Source: an uncultured virus (IMG/VR IMGVR_UViG_3300005530_000001)
Lineage: Duplodnaviria > Heunggongvirae > Uroviricota > Caudoviricetes
Virus record (IMG/VR): IMGVR_UViG_3300005530_000001
Length of the DNA stretch: 64,000 nt
Direction: 5' to 3' (one strand)
This document shows positions 28,213 through 38,078 of this stretch, one piece after another; position 1 is the stretch's first letter; each line of letters opens with the position of its first letter. Made by a program: the position numbers and the translations under genes. Below the pieces are notes generated by a model. It had not been told where the DNA came from and ran no database searches. It was given only the letters and a program-made list of their open reading frames with translations.

Positions 28213-29835
28213 ATGCGATTCATTTTCTACAGTCCGGTTCACTTCGAGGACTGGGATTGGCGGGCGTCGGTCGAGCGCGGCATCGGCGGCTCGGAGACCT
28301 CGCACGTCGAGATGGCCTGGCGGCTGGCGCGCCGCGGCCACGAGGTCCTCTCCTACGCCCCGATCCCGCCGGACTGCCCGGGCGAGTGGCGCGGCACGTT
28401 CTGGAAGCACTACAGCGAGGCCGACTTCTCGCAGGACGGGCTCTGGATCATCTACCGCGCGCCCGACGTGCTGGACCAGTTCGGCCCGCGCCGCCCCGCG
28501 CAGCCGCGCTGGCTCATGTGCCAAGACACCTGGTACCCGACGATGACGCCCGCGCGCGCGGCGAAGCTCGACCGAGTGCTGGCCCTCTGTCAGGACCACG
28601 TGGCCCACCTGCAGGCCTCGGCCCCGTACCTCGACGGCAAGCTCTGGTTCACCTCGAACGGGGTGAAGGTCGACCTGGCGCGCGAGATCGAAGCCGCTGG
28701 GGCGCCCGTCCGGAACCCGAAGAAGCTCATCTATGCGTCTTCGCCGGATCGCGGGCTCGTGACGCTGCTCGACATCTTCGGCCGAGCCCGCGAACTCGTG
28801 CCCGATCTGGAACTGCACGTCTTCTACGGGATGAACAACATCGAGAAGCTCCTGGCGCAGGGCAGCGCCTGGGCCAAGCTCCAGTTCTCCGGGCTCAAGA
28901 GTAAGCTCGACCGCCTGCTCCAGCAGCCCGGCGTGCAGTGGCGGGGGCGGATCAGCCAGGTCGATCTCTACCGCGAGTGGCTCTCGGCCGGGCTCTGGTG
29001 CTACCCCACGGACTTCACGGAGACCTCCTGCATCACGTGCATGGAGGCGCAAGCCCTCGGCGCCATCCCGATCACGCGCCCGCTCTGGGCCCTGACCGAC
29101 AACGTGGCCCACGGGGTGCGGCTCGACGGCAGCCCGGCCATGGACCCGCTGACCCGCGCCCGGTACGTGAAGGCCCTCTACCAGTTGACGACGACGCCCG
29201 GGCTCCAGGACCGCATCCGCGGGCCGATGATGGCCTGGGCGCGGAGCGTCCACAACTGGGAGCGGTGGGTGGATCAGTGGGAGTGCGCGCTGCTCGGGCG
29301 GCCGATGGTCCCCGCGCAGTTCTGCTTCCAGCACAAGCATGCGACGGGCCGCATCCTCAACATCGGCTGCGCCTCCGACCCGACCGGCTTCGCCAAGCGC
29401 GGGGCCGTCAACGTGGACGTGACCGCCGAGAACCCGACGACGGGCGAGCCCAATGCGGCGCACGTCTTCTGGGACGCGCGGACCCCGTTCCCGGCCCACC
29501 TCGGGCGCTTCGACACCGCGATCCTGGGCGACATCCTGGAGCACATGGAGCCCGGGGACCAGGCGGCGGCCATCGCGGCGGCAGCCGAGGTGCTCAAGCC
29601 GGGCGGGCGCCTGCTGATCACCTGCCCCTTCGATCCGCGGGAGGCGGCCGAGCAGTCGCCGGGCGCCACGGGCGCCGAACTCTATGCCCCCGGCGTCCAC
29701 GCCTTCCACGGCGACCGCGTCACGCTGGAGGGCCTGCGGACGCGCTGCGTGGCGGCGGGGCTCACCGTCGAGCGCGATGAGGTCCTCGATTACAACTTCG
29801 CCGACGGCATCGGCGTGATCGCGAGGAAGCCATGA
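28213..29835 (+). CDS. GT4-like (GT-B) glycosyltransferase fused to a class I methyltransferase
   Basis: GIGGSET, NGV, IYASSPDRGL, GRISQ, YPTDFTETSCITCMEAQA.G; C-domain ILNIGC, FDT.ILGDILEH, LKPGG.L..T.P. Confidence 0.85.
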   Translation: MRFIFYSPVHFEDWDWRASVERGIGGSETSHVEMAWRLARRGHEVLSYAPIPPDCPGEWRGTFWKHYSEADFSQDGLWIIYRAPDVLDQFGPRRPAQPRWLMCQDTWYPTMTPARAAKLDRVLALCQDHVAHLQASAPYLDGKLWFTSNGVKVDLAREIEAAGAPVRNPKKLIYASSPDRGLVTLLDIFGRARELVPDLELHVFYGMNNIEKLLAQGSAWAKLQFSGLKSKLDRLLQQPGVQWRGRISQVDLYREWLSAGLWCYPTDFTETSCITCMEAQALGAIPITRPLWALTDNVAHGVRLDGSPAMDPLTRARYVKALYQLTTTPGLQDRIRGPMMAWARSVHNWERWVDQWECALLGRPMVPAQFCFQHKHATGRILNIGCASDPTGFAKRGAVNVDVTAENPTTGEPNAAHVFWDARTPFPAHLGRFDTAILGDILEHMEPGDQAAAIAAAAEVLKPGGRLLITCPFDPREAAEQSPGATGAELYAPGVHAFHGDRVTLEGLRTRCVAAGLTVERDEVLDYNFADGIGVIARKP

Positions 29836-30524
29836 CCCTGTTCCACAACCGTCCCATCGGCACGATGGCCTATCTCGGCGGCCTGCCCGCCCTGCTGGAG
29901 CCCTTCACGTGGGCCTGGGGCCAGATGATCCAGTACAACGCCGAGGCCCTCTGCAACCCCGGGGAGTACGTGCACCTGGACAAGGCCACGGTGAGCTTCC
30001 ACAGCTTCGCCCGCAATAGCCTGGTCGAGCGCATGTTGGGCGACTGGCTGCTCATGCTCGATACCGACCACGTGCCCGACCCGGACCTGGCCGTGCGCCT
30101 GGTGACGCTCATGGGCCAGGCCGAGATCCCGGTCATCTGCGGCGTCTACTGCCACCGCACCCCGCCCAACTCGCCCGTGCTCTACCAGTGGAACGCGGAC
30201 GGCACCGGCCTCGAACCCATCGGGGACTGGGACCGCGACGCCAAGCTGATCCAGGTGGGCTCGGCGGGGGGTGGGGCCCTCCTGGTCCGGCGGCACGTCT
30301 TCGAGCGCATCCGCGCGGAACTCAAGTGCGGGCCCTTCGACATCTTGCCCCCCTTCGGCGAGGACCACTCCTTCTTCAAGCGCTGTCGGCTGCTCGACAT
30401 CCCCGTCTACGCTGCGCCCCATATCGAGTCGCGGCACCTGGAGATTCGCCCCTTCGGGCTCGACACCTACATCGCCCCCGACATCCCGGCCGATCGGCGC
30501 GTGGAAGTCGGCGGCTTCGCGTAA
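29832..30524 (+). CDS. GT2-like glycosyltransferase
   Basis: ARN.LV, GDWLLMLDTD, G.G.LLVRR.VFE, GED.SFF.R, H motifs. Confidence 0.85.
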   Translation: MTLFHNRPIGTMAYLGGLPALLEPFTWAWGQMIQYNAEALCNPGEYVHLDKATVSFHSFARNSLVERMLGDWLLMLDTDHVPDPDLAVRLVTLMGQAEIPVICGVYCHRTPPNSPVLYQWNADGTGLEPIGDWDRDAKLIQVGSAGGGALLVRRHVFERIRAELKCGPFDILPPFGEDHSFFKRCRLLDIPVYAAPHIESRHLEIRPFGLDTYIAPDIPADRRVEVGGFA

Positions 30525-30537
30525 AGGAGGCAGGACC

Positions 30538-30912
30538 ATGTCCGTCGCCACCGCTATCAAGGCCTGGGTCGCCACCCTCAATGCGGGCGGCTTCATCAGT
30601 CACGGGCAGTCGCTCACCGTGACCGTGAACCTCACCGCGGGCTGGGAGATCCAGATCCCGCTCGGGGTCCGCTACGGCTCGAACGTCTCCCTCGCGGCGG
30701 CGGTCTTCGCCTACCCGTCGAACGACGGGGGCGCCACCTACGACACCGAGCCGATCGCGGCGGCGAGCATCCCGGCCACCGCGAGCGTGAACAAGGTGGC
30801 CTCGCTCCGCCTGACCACGGGGCAGTACGCCATTCAGATCCAGTCGTCCTCGCCCAGCACCACGTTCTTCGTGCTCACGCAGGAGGTCATCTCCGCCTTC
30901 AACATCGCGTAG
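30538..30912 (+). CDS. small beta-rich virion protein
   Basis: AAAGGAGG RBS; S.DGG.TYDT motif; precedes hub paralog 2. Confidence 0.6.
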   Translation: MSVATAIKAWVATLNAGGFISHGQSLTVTVNLTAGWEIQIPLGVRYGSNVSLAAAVFAYPSNDGGATYDTEPIAAASIPATASVNKVASLRLTTGQYAIQIQSSSPSTTFFVLTQEVISAFNIA

Positions 30913-30924
30913 TCCGGCGAGGCG

Positions 30925-33900
30925 ATGAAGCTCGGCGTCACATCGCGGCTGCGTCCGGCACGCGGGGTGCTCCTGGACCGGAGCCACCCGCTTGTCCGGG
31001 CCCTGCGGTTCTATACCTGCTTCCAGGAACTCCACCTCAAACCAGCGGGGACAGGGCTCAACCGCGCCCTGTTTCGTGATGCGGCGATGGGGTTCCAGTT
31101 CCAGCCCGGCCTCACCAGTAGTCCGCTTGCCAGCCACTTTCCCAGTCAGACCGGACCCGGGCTCAGATTTGCCGGGGTCAGCAATGGTGGGATTCCAGTT
31201 GGACTGCCGCCATCTTTGATTAGCGTTGCCGATCGCCTGACGGTCGGCATCAAGGTGCGGGGCGAAGGAGCCAACGACATCTTCCTGACGAAGTCGGCTG
31301 GGAATTTGCTGCGCACGCATTTCGATTTTCGGTTCAGTTCGACGGGAATTATTTTTTCCACTTCCAATGGAACGGTTAGCTCCGACACGACCGGCTACAC
31401 CGGAGGCTGGTACACCATCTTCGGAAGCTGGGATGGGCGGAGTGGGCGCCTCGTCATCCTCGATGAGAATGGCGGCATTCGCGAGATCAAGACGACTGGC
31501 GGGAGTACCGGCCCTCTCACCAACGTCACCGAACTCCTCAACATTGGATCACTAAACGCTGGCTTCAGTACGATGACCGGCTCCGTCGAGTGGGTCGGTG
31601 TCTGGAATGATGTCCTGAGCACAGAGGACTGCGCCCACCTGGGCGGCGAGCCCTACGACCTCTTCATGCCCAGCACGGGGCAGGGGCTCAAGCGTCCGGC
31701 GGCTTGGCTCAACCCGTCCCCCAAGCCCGAGTCCATCACCCCCGCCATCGCCCGGCGGCGCCAGACCTGGCTGCCGCCCACCAAGCCGACCGACCGCACG
31801 CTCGAACTCGACCGGCAGCATCCGCTCACGCAGGGGATGCTCATCTGCGTGCCCTTCTTCGAGGGCAACGGAACCCCGGTCGACTACGCGCGGAACGTCA
31901 CGCCCACGGTCAGCGGCACGCCGGTCTGGGATGCCAGCCGGGGGAGCCTGGCCTGGCGCGCCCGCGCCGCAGGTGACTTCCTCACGCTCGGCACCGACGG
32001 TAACGACATCATCATTCCGCGCAGGCGCGTCACCGTCCTCCTCATCCGGGCGAAGACGGATACGACCGTCCGCAGTGCGGCCCTGTTCGGTCTGAACAAC
32101 ACCGCGGGCGATAACACGGCCTTCTCGGCCCAGACCGGCTCCGGGACCAACGTCATCACCTTCCGCTGGGGCGGTTCCGTCAACATGTCGACCAATATCA
32201 ATGCCGCGCTCGGGATCACGGACCCTGAGGCGTGGGCCTTCGTGGCCGGGCCGACCGAAGGTGCCCACATCTACCGGAACGGCATCGACGTCGGGTCAAC
32301 CCACCCGACTGCGGGCGAACGGCAGGAGGGCCCTGGCGAAGCTTTCTACCTGAACCGACTCGCCAACGGCGGCACGGTCACGGGCGACCTGAACAACTAC
32401 ATCTTCTTCGCCCTCCTCGACGCCGAGTGGGATCAGGCGAAGGTCCGCTCCTGGGTCCGCGACCCCTGGCAGTTCTTCAAGAAGGGTCGACTCGGGAATG
32501 CGACACGGATTGTCCAGAGTCCGGTCCCGGCCCCCTACAGCCAGGGCATTGGGGCCGAACAGACGGTCCGTGCTCTGCAGCCTGTCCCAGGGACCATCCT
32601 CAACTGGCGCCACCCGTTGACCCAGGGCCTGAAGATGCACGTCACGCTGAACCAGGCCCAGCGTGGCACCCTCCGTCCATCGGCGATCTATGATCAGGTC
32701 ACCAACACCCCCTTCTATACGGGCACCAGCTTGAATGGGGTGACCGACGGTCCGCCGAGTCGCACCGGCAAGACGTTGAAGCTCGATGGATCAACGGCCG
32801 GGAAGATTAATACGGTTGCGGGTATCCCGAACCAACCCTCCACGCTCCTCAACTGGCGATCCACCGATCCTCTGACATTTGCGGCAAAATTCGCAGGTAG
32901 TCTCAACGTTGCAGGGACCGGGGAAGTCGTCGGGCTCAGTCATACTCTGACGGCTGATCTCTGCTTCCAAATTCTTGGCGGGAACATCATCCGGTTCGTC
33001 GTATCCGACTCGATTGTGTTTTCAGTGCAAACGGCGGCAGCCCTGGCCGAGTACGGCGACAACCGGACATTCCATACGGTGTTCGCCCGCGTCAATGGTG
33101 TCGGGGATTTCATCGAACTGTACGTTTTCAATGAAGATGGGGTTCTGCTTGAATCGGTCCGCGCCCCCGGGGCCCTCACGGCCTATCCTGCCGTGGGCGC
33201 GACGTCGGTCTTGGGGTTCGGCACTGGTAGCAATGGGCTCGGGGCCTTTTCAACCACTGAATGGTGGGGCATCTGGAAGCGGTACATGTCCACGAGCGAC
33301 ATGGCCCAGTTGGCCCAGAACCCCTACCAGATCTTCCAGCCCCCGGTGCAGGAGCGGTTCGCCCGACGCGCGGCCATCTTCGGCAGCGCCTCCCAGTTCG
33401 CGCCCCCGCCCGCCATCGGCGGCGCGGCCCGGTTCCGCAAGCCACCCCGAGGCGCGACGCTCAATCGACGCCATCGGCATGCACGGGACCTGATCTACTT
33501 CATGCCACTGAACGAGCACCCGCCGAACCTCGGGCAAAGCATCTCGCGGACGCCATTCTATGATCTCGTCGGGCGGACGCAGTTGATCCAGACCGGCTCC
33601 GTCACAAACGTGCTCGGTGACACCGCGATTGGCTCGGTACCGTCCCGCACCGGGTGGGCACTGGCATTTCACGGTACCGACCACGGCATGCTCTCGAAGC
33701 TCTCTCTCACGCCGACGGAGATGCCCCCGCTCCTCAACCGGAGCTTCAGCCGGATCACCGTCGCGGCGAAATTCCGGCTGCCGATCCCTCAGACGAACGC
33801 GGTGGGAATTTTCCAAACGAATGGTGCGGCGGGAAACATCGGGTGGTCGCTCGGTGCATCGTCGAGCGCTCACACCGATGGCACGATCAGCTTCTTCCAT

Positions 33901-36837
33901 GCTCGCGGCCTGGCGACTGCACGAACGACGCAGGAGTTCTCCGATGGGCGCTTCTACACGGCCTTCGGCCAGTACGACGGCCGGGCCGTAAGCATCGAAG
34001 TCTACGACGAGGACGGCAATCGGGTCGAGCGTGCGACGACCACCGGGGGGGTGCTGCCGGTAGACATCCTGGGCGGGCTCAACCAGATCACCGTCGGGGC
34101 GCTCTCGCGCAGCAACGCGCCGATGACCGGCGACGTGGAATGGGTCGGCGTCTGGGATGCCGTGCTGCCGCCGGGGGTGATGTCGGCCATTGCGGCCGAA
34201 CCCTACGAAATACTCTACAACCCGGTGGAGCGCCGGGCTGCGCTCTTCACACCGCCTCCCCCCTACACGCCACCCGCCCCGCCCCAGGCCCTCCGCCCGC
34301 GGACCAAACCGGAGCCGGGGCGGCTGCTCGATCGCTCCCACCCGCTGGTCCGGACCCTGCGCTGCTACCTGCCGTTCAACGAAGAGCCCCGTATCGTCGG
34401 CCCAACCGGTGACCCGATCGGCGGCCGTCCGTTCCGCGACGCCATCTCTGGGCGGTTCTTCACGAACGGCTACAACTTCGGTCTGGGGCCGAGCCCGGGG
34501 AACCCGAGCCGCACTGGGCCGACTGTCCACATGACGGGCGACGCATCAGCCCAGATTAACTCCTCGGAGACGCTCGCGCTCGACGGGACGCGGAGCCAGC
34601 CGCCCACCCTGCTGGCGGACTATAGCGTCACGCCAATCACGCTGGGCCTGAAGTTCGGGTACGGCACTGGCCAGGGCAATGCCCACATGTTCGGGATTGC
34701 CACCGCCTCGCTCGACCGCGCCATCCTGCAGTTGACGCCCGCCACCCACTTGATCCGCTTCAATTCCGGGTCGGCCACGGTGGACTCGGTCAACGCCTAT
34801 AACACGACGCGCTTCTACACCGTGTTCGGGCGAATGACCGCGCCCGTCATTAACTCGTTCCCGGAACTGTTCATCTACGACGAAGACGGGGTGCTGCTGG
34901 AGCACGTCGTCTCGGGCGTCCAGCAGCAGTGGGGCCTGAACAACGTCGCCTTCACCTTCTTCGGGATCTTCGGGGCCATTGCCGACTACGAGTGGGCCGG
35001 GATCTGGCACGAGGTCCTGAGCGACGCGAATATGGCCCAGTTGGCGCGCAACCCGTATGTCATCTACGAGCCGCCCGCGAACACGAAAGCGCGCAAGCTC
35101 CTCAAGTTCGTCGTCACCACGCCGGGCACGCTCAGCCCGACCGGCATCCCAAGCGAAGAAGCGTTCGGCACGCCGAACCTCACGCGCCTGGCGCTCTATC
35201 CCACCGGCATCGCCACCCGCGAGGTGCACGGCACCCCGCACATCGGCGACGTCGACCCCGCAGGGATCGTCTCCGCGGAGGCCTTCGGGACGGCGCGCCT
35301 GCTGGCGGGCGACCTCAACCCGGACGGCATCGCCAGCGCCGAGGTGGTCTCGGACGGCGCCAACCTGATCGGGGACCCGAGCCCGGACGGTACGCTCTCG
35401 CCCAGCAGCATCGCGGGGGCGGAGGCCATGGGCGCGCCGACTCTCACCGAGGTGCAGACTCTCCATCCCACCGGGATTCCGTCCGGCTTCGACATGGACA
35501 ACCCGACTGTGAGGCCGCCTGTGGGCACCATCAATCCCTTCGGCATCGCGAGCGAGGAAGCCTTCGCCGACGTCACCACCACCGCGCTCGGCACCCCGAT
35601 CGGGGGCACGTCGGTCAACGGTCCACCGATCAATCCTCCGGCCCCCGCGGCGGGGACGGTCACGGCCAAGAAGCTCTGCAGTCCCTTCGATCTGATCCTG
35701 GCCGGGCTCTACACGACCGCGGCCAGTCCCGCGGCCATCCTGCCCGAGGTCTACGGCGACTTCAGCGCGGGCGGCCTGCGCGGCCCGATCCCGACCGTAC
35801 TGGTCACGCAGTCGGCGCCCTGGATCTTCATCGCCGCGATGCACCCGGTCCAGTCCATCGACCAGGTCTACGTCAACGACGTGCTCCAGACGGGCGGCTT
35901 CGCCGCGATCCCCCAGGTCGCGCTGGGCGGCGGGCCCCAGGTCGCGCTGATCGCCTTCGATGAGCAGCCCATCGGGGAGGTCACGTGGCGGGGCAAGGGC
36001 AAGATGAGCAGCGTCACCGGGGCCCTCATCACCGATCCGATCCTCCAGCTAGAGGACCTCCTGCTCACGCGCGGCGGCTACGCCACCACCGACTTCGACG
36101 CCACCACACTCGCCGAGGCCAAGTCCCTCTCGGCCGCGGCGGGCTGGTCGACCGCCTTCGTGATCAACGACACGAGCCAGATGCAAGCCTGGATCACCGA
36201 GATCCTGTTCAACGTGATGGGCTTCTGGCGGGTCTCGGGCCGGGCCCAGTTGCAGATCATGATCGACCCGGGCGGCAGCTTCGCCCAGTCCGATCTGGTC
36301 GACTCCATCGTGGCCAACCGCGATGTCCTGGACGGCGACGACGGCGTCACCTTCATCGCCGACCGCCAGCAACTCGTCAACCGCCTGGTGGCGAACTATC
36401 AGTATTCCTGGCAAGAGCAGCGCTACACCGCCCAGTTGGCCGACGACACCCTGCTCGATGCCAAGAGCAGCAACGCCTACGGCGAGGTCCGCAAGGAGGT
36501 CACCCTTCGCGGCCACCGGGACGCCACCCAGTTGGCCCAGTGGGCGACCATCCTGTTCGCGCGCCAGGCTTTCGAGACGCGGGTGGAGGGCGGCCAGGTG
36601 GAGTTCACCACCAAGGGGCCCCGACTCATCCATGCCACCGTGGGCGACCTCTTCGCCTTCACCTGGCCCTACGGCCCGACGCGGGAGAACGGCAACCCCT
36701 ACGTCAACCAGATCCTCCGAATTGTCGAGATTTCCCAGGAGTTTACGCGGGGCGGGGCGACCACCGTCCGGGCCGTGGACACCGGGGCCTACGTCCAGAG
36801 CGCGGGCAGTCGGCTGCTGACGCCGCTGGCCGTCTAG
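30925..36837 (+). CDS. tail hub/Tal-like protein paralog 2 with five LamG-like domains and GI.S.E.FG repeats
   Basis: 1970 aa; five repeats bounded by L(D/N)..HPL...L and EW.G.W...L..NPY; about 7 P.GI.S.E..G.P repeats; C-domain paralogous to 23743. Confidence 0.75.
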   Translation: MKLGVTSRLRPARGVLLDRSHPLVRALRFYTCFQELHLKPAGTGLNRALFRDAAMGFQFQPGLTSSPLASHFPSQTGPGLRFAGVSNGGIPVGLPPSLISVADRLTVGIKVRGEGANDIFLTKSAGNLLRTHFDFRFSSTGIIFSTSNGTVSSDTTGYTGGWYTIFGSWDGRSGRLVILDENGGIREIKTTGGSTGPLTNVTELLNIGSLNAGFSTMTGSVEWVGVWNDVLSTEDCAHLGGEPYDLFMPSTGQGLKRPAAWLNPSPKPESITPAIARRRQTWLPPTKPTDRTLELDRQHPLTQGMLICVPFFEGNGTPVDYARNVTPTVSGTPVWDASRGSLAWRARAAGDFLTLGTDGNDIIIPRRRVTVLLIRAKTDTTVRSAALFGLNNTAGDNTAFSAQTGSGTNVITFRWGGSVNMSTNINAALGITDPEAWAFVAGPTEGAHIYRNGIDVGSTHPTAGERQEGPGEAFYLNRLANGGTVTGDLNNYIFFALLDAEWDQAKVRSWVRDPWQFFKKGRLGNATRIVQSPVPAPYSQGIGAEQTVRALQPVPGTILNWRHPLTQGLKMHVTLNQAQRGTLRPSAIYDQVTNTPFYTGTSLNGVTDGPPSRTGKTLKLDGSTAGKINTVAGIPNQPSTLLNWRSTDPLTFAAKFAGSLNVAGTGEVVGLSHTLTADLCFQILGGNIIRFVVSDSIVFSVQTAAALAEYGDNRTFHTVFARVNGVGDFIELYVFNEDGVLLESVRAPGALTAYPAVGATSVLGFGTGSNGLGAFSTTEWWGIWKRYMSTSDMAQLAQNPYQIFQPPVQERFARRAAIFGSASQFAPPPAIGGAARFRKPPRGATLNRRHRHARDLIYFMPLNEHPPNLGQSISRTPFYDLVGRTQLIQTGSVTNVLGDTAIGSVPSRTGWALAFHGTDHGMLSKLSLTPTEMPPLLNRSFSRITVAAKFRLPIPQTNAVGIFQTNGAAGNIGWSLGASSSAHTDGTISFFHARGLATARTTQEFSDGRFYTAFGQYDGRAVSIEVYDEDGNRVERATTTGGVLPVDILGGLNQITVGALSRSNAPMTGDVEWVGVWDAVLPPGVMSAIAAEPYEILYNPVERRAALFTPPPPYTPPAPPQALRPRTKPEPGRLLDRSHPLVRTLRCYLPFNEEPRIVGPTGDPIGGRPFRDAISGRFFTNGYNFGLGPSPGNPSRTGPTVHMTGDASAQINSSETLALDGTRSQPPTLLADYSVTPITLGLKFGYGTGQGNAHMFGIATASLDRAILQLTPATHLIRFNSGSATVDSVNAYNTTRFYTVFGRMTAPVINSFPELFIYDEDGVLLEHVVSGVQQQWGLNNVAFTFFGIFGAIADYEWAGIWHEVLSDANMAQLARNPYVIYEPPANTKARKLLKFVVTTPGTLSPTGIPSEEAFGTPNLTRLALYPTGIATREVHGTPHIGDVDPAGIVSAEAFGTARLLAGDLNPDGIASAEVVSDGANLIGDPSPDGTLSPSSIAGAEAMGAPTLTEVQTLHPTGIPSGFDMDNPTVRPPVGTINPFGIASEEAFADVTTTALGTPIGGTSVNGPPINPPAPAAGTVTAKKLCSPFDLILAGLYTTAASPAAILPEVYGDFSAGGLRGPIPTVLVTQSAPWIFIAAMHPVQSIDQVYVNDVLQTGGFAAIPQVALGGGPQVALIAFDEQPIGEVTWRGKGKMSSVTGALITDPILQLEDLLLTRGGYATTDFDATTLAEAKSLSAAAGWSTAFVINDTSQMQAWITEILFNVMGFWRVSGRAQLQIMIDPGGSFAQSDLVDSIVANRDVLDGDDGVTFIADRQQLVNRLVANYQYSWQEQRYTAQLADDTLLDAKSSNAYGEVRKEVTLRGHRDATQLAQWATILFARQAFETRVEGGQVEFTTKGPRLIHATVGDLFAFTWPYGPTRENGNPYVNQILRIVEISQEFTRGGATTVRAVDTGAYVQSAGSRLLTPLAV

Positions 36838-36915
36838 GAATGCGGGGTGCGGGGGGTCCCCCTCCTACACTAGTCGTGCGGACACATCACGACTCGACAC
36901 GGAGGATGGACAGCC

Positions 36916-37323
36916 ATGGACAAGGTCTCGCGGTGGTTCCTGAGTGCGCTCGGCGCGCTCGTGCTCTCGCTGGTCTGGGTGGATGCGGGCATCGCGCAGC
37001 AGGTGGGCACCGTCACGCCGCCCTCGATGAAGGAACTGCTGGCGGTCTTGATCAACACCGCGGGCGTCATGTGCGTGGTGCAGGTCATCAAGTTCTATCT
37101 GCCCTACCTCACGGACAAGTACGGCTGGCTCATGCCGCTGATCGCCATGGCCTCCGGCCCCGTCGTGGCCTTCCTCCAGGGCTTCCTGGCCACCAAGCTC
37201 GGCTACCCTGGCTTCGACTTCAGCCTCATCGTGGCCGCGCTGACCGGCGGGACCGCCGTGGCGGCGCATCAGGTCTACGCCCAGCAGAAGGAGGGGCCCA
37301 CGGGGATCGCGCGCGGGCGGTGA
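36916..37323 (+). CDS. holin-like membrane protein
   Basis: GGAGG RBS; 3-4 hydrophobic segments; G.TAV..HQ.Y.Q motif typical of holins. Confidence 0.6.
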   Translation: MDKVSRWFLSALGALVLSLVWVDAGIAQQVGTVTPPSMKELLAVLINTAGVMCVVQVIKFYLPYLTDKYGWLMPLIAMASGPVVAFLQGFLATKLGYPGFDFSLIVAALTGGTAVAAHQVYAQQKEGPTGIARGR

Positions 37324-37379
37324 CCATCGTCCGGGGCTCCGGGTCCAGCCGTACGGGCCCGGGGCCCCGAGAGCGGGCG

Positions 37380-37667
37380 CTAGACGGGGGCCAGCGCGTC
37401 CTGCTCCTCGCGCGCCCGCGCCATCGCCCGATCGCTCGACCGCTGGATCATGCTGAGGTGCACGGGGCACGTCTCAATCGCCGTCCGCCAGGGCCCGCCC
37501 GGCGTGGTCTCGAAGACCAGCGGCACGCAGCCACAGCGTCCCTTCAGCGGGAGCTTCCGGATCATCAGGCCCGAGTCCAAGATCCGCACCTCGTCACCGA
37601 GGCACGGCTGCTCCACCGCGCGCTGCCGAATGGCCTGCTCCAACCGCGTCTGCCAGGTCTGCGCCAT
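37380..37667 (-). CDS. hypothetical protein (antisense, moron-like)
   Basis: ATG 37667 with GGAGAG RBS; CGC...CPVH putative metal ligands. Confidence 0.5.
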   Translation of the reverse strand: MAQTWQTRLEQAIRQRAVEQPCLGDEVRILDSGLMIRKLPLKGRCGCVPLVFETTPGGPWRTAIETCPVHLSMIQRSSDRAMARAREEQDALAPV

Positions 37668-37823
37668 AGAGGATCTCTCCGGGAAGACAGAATTTGACCT
37701 CGCGTTTCCGACAGGCAAGGATGACGCCAGACGCCCCGGGCCGCGAATTACCAGGGCTTTTCGCAGCACGGCCGAGCCCGGAATGTCCATGTCCGGAATA
37801 ACCAACCGGGTAAAAGGTTCCGC

Positions 37824-38078
37824 ATGACCGTCGGCGCGCTGAGCGCGATCATCGCCATCCTCGGGGGGTTGGCCACGGGGGTGAAGTGGCTGGCCGCCTA
37901 CTTCGGGGATAGCTCCGTGCTCCGGCGGCTGCAGTTGTCGCTGGAGCGCCAGAAGGCCCGGCAGGAGGTCGAGCGCGAGCGCCTGCTGCGCACCAACGAG
38001 CGGATTGACCACGAACCCGACAAGACAGGCCAGGACCTGCTGGACTCGGTCAACGACAAGCTGGAGGGCAAGGAGTGA
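37824..38078 (+). CDS. i-spanin-like protein
   Basis: N-terminal TM followed by coiled coil; overlaps downstream lipoprotein. Confidence 0.6.
   Translation: MTVGALSAIIAILGGLATGVKWLAAYFGDSSVLRRLQLSLERQKARQEVERERLLRTNERIDHEPDKTGQDLLDSVNDKLEGKE

Noticed and set aside
16464..29709. Long antisense ORFs (16464-18263, 19896-21452, 23704-25758, 28015-29709)
   Set aside because: Mirror frames of strongly GC3-biased sense genes, with no motifs or RBS
23743..36837. Diversity-generating retroelement or invertase-based tail switching
   Set aside because: No reverse transcriptase or recombinase in the window, no near-identical TR/VR pair differing at adenines, and both paralogues are in the same orientation
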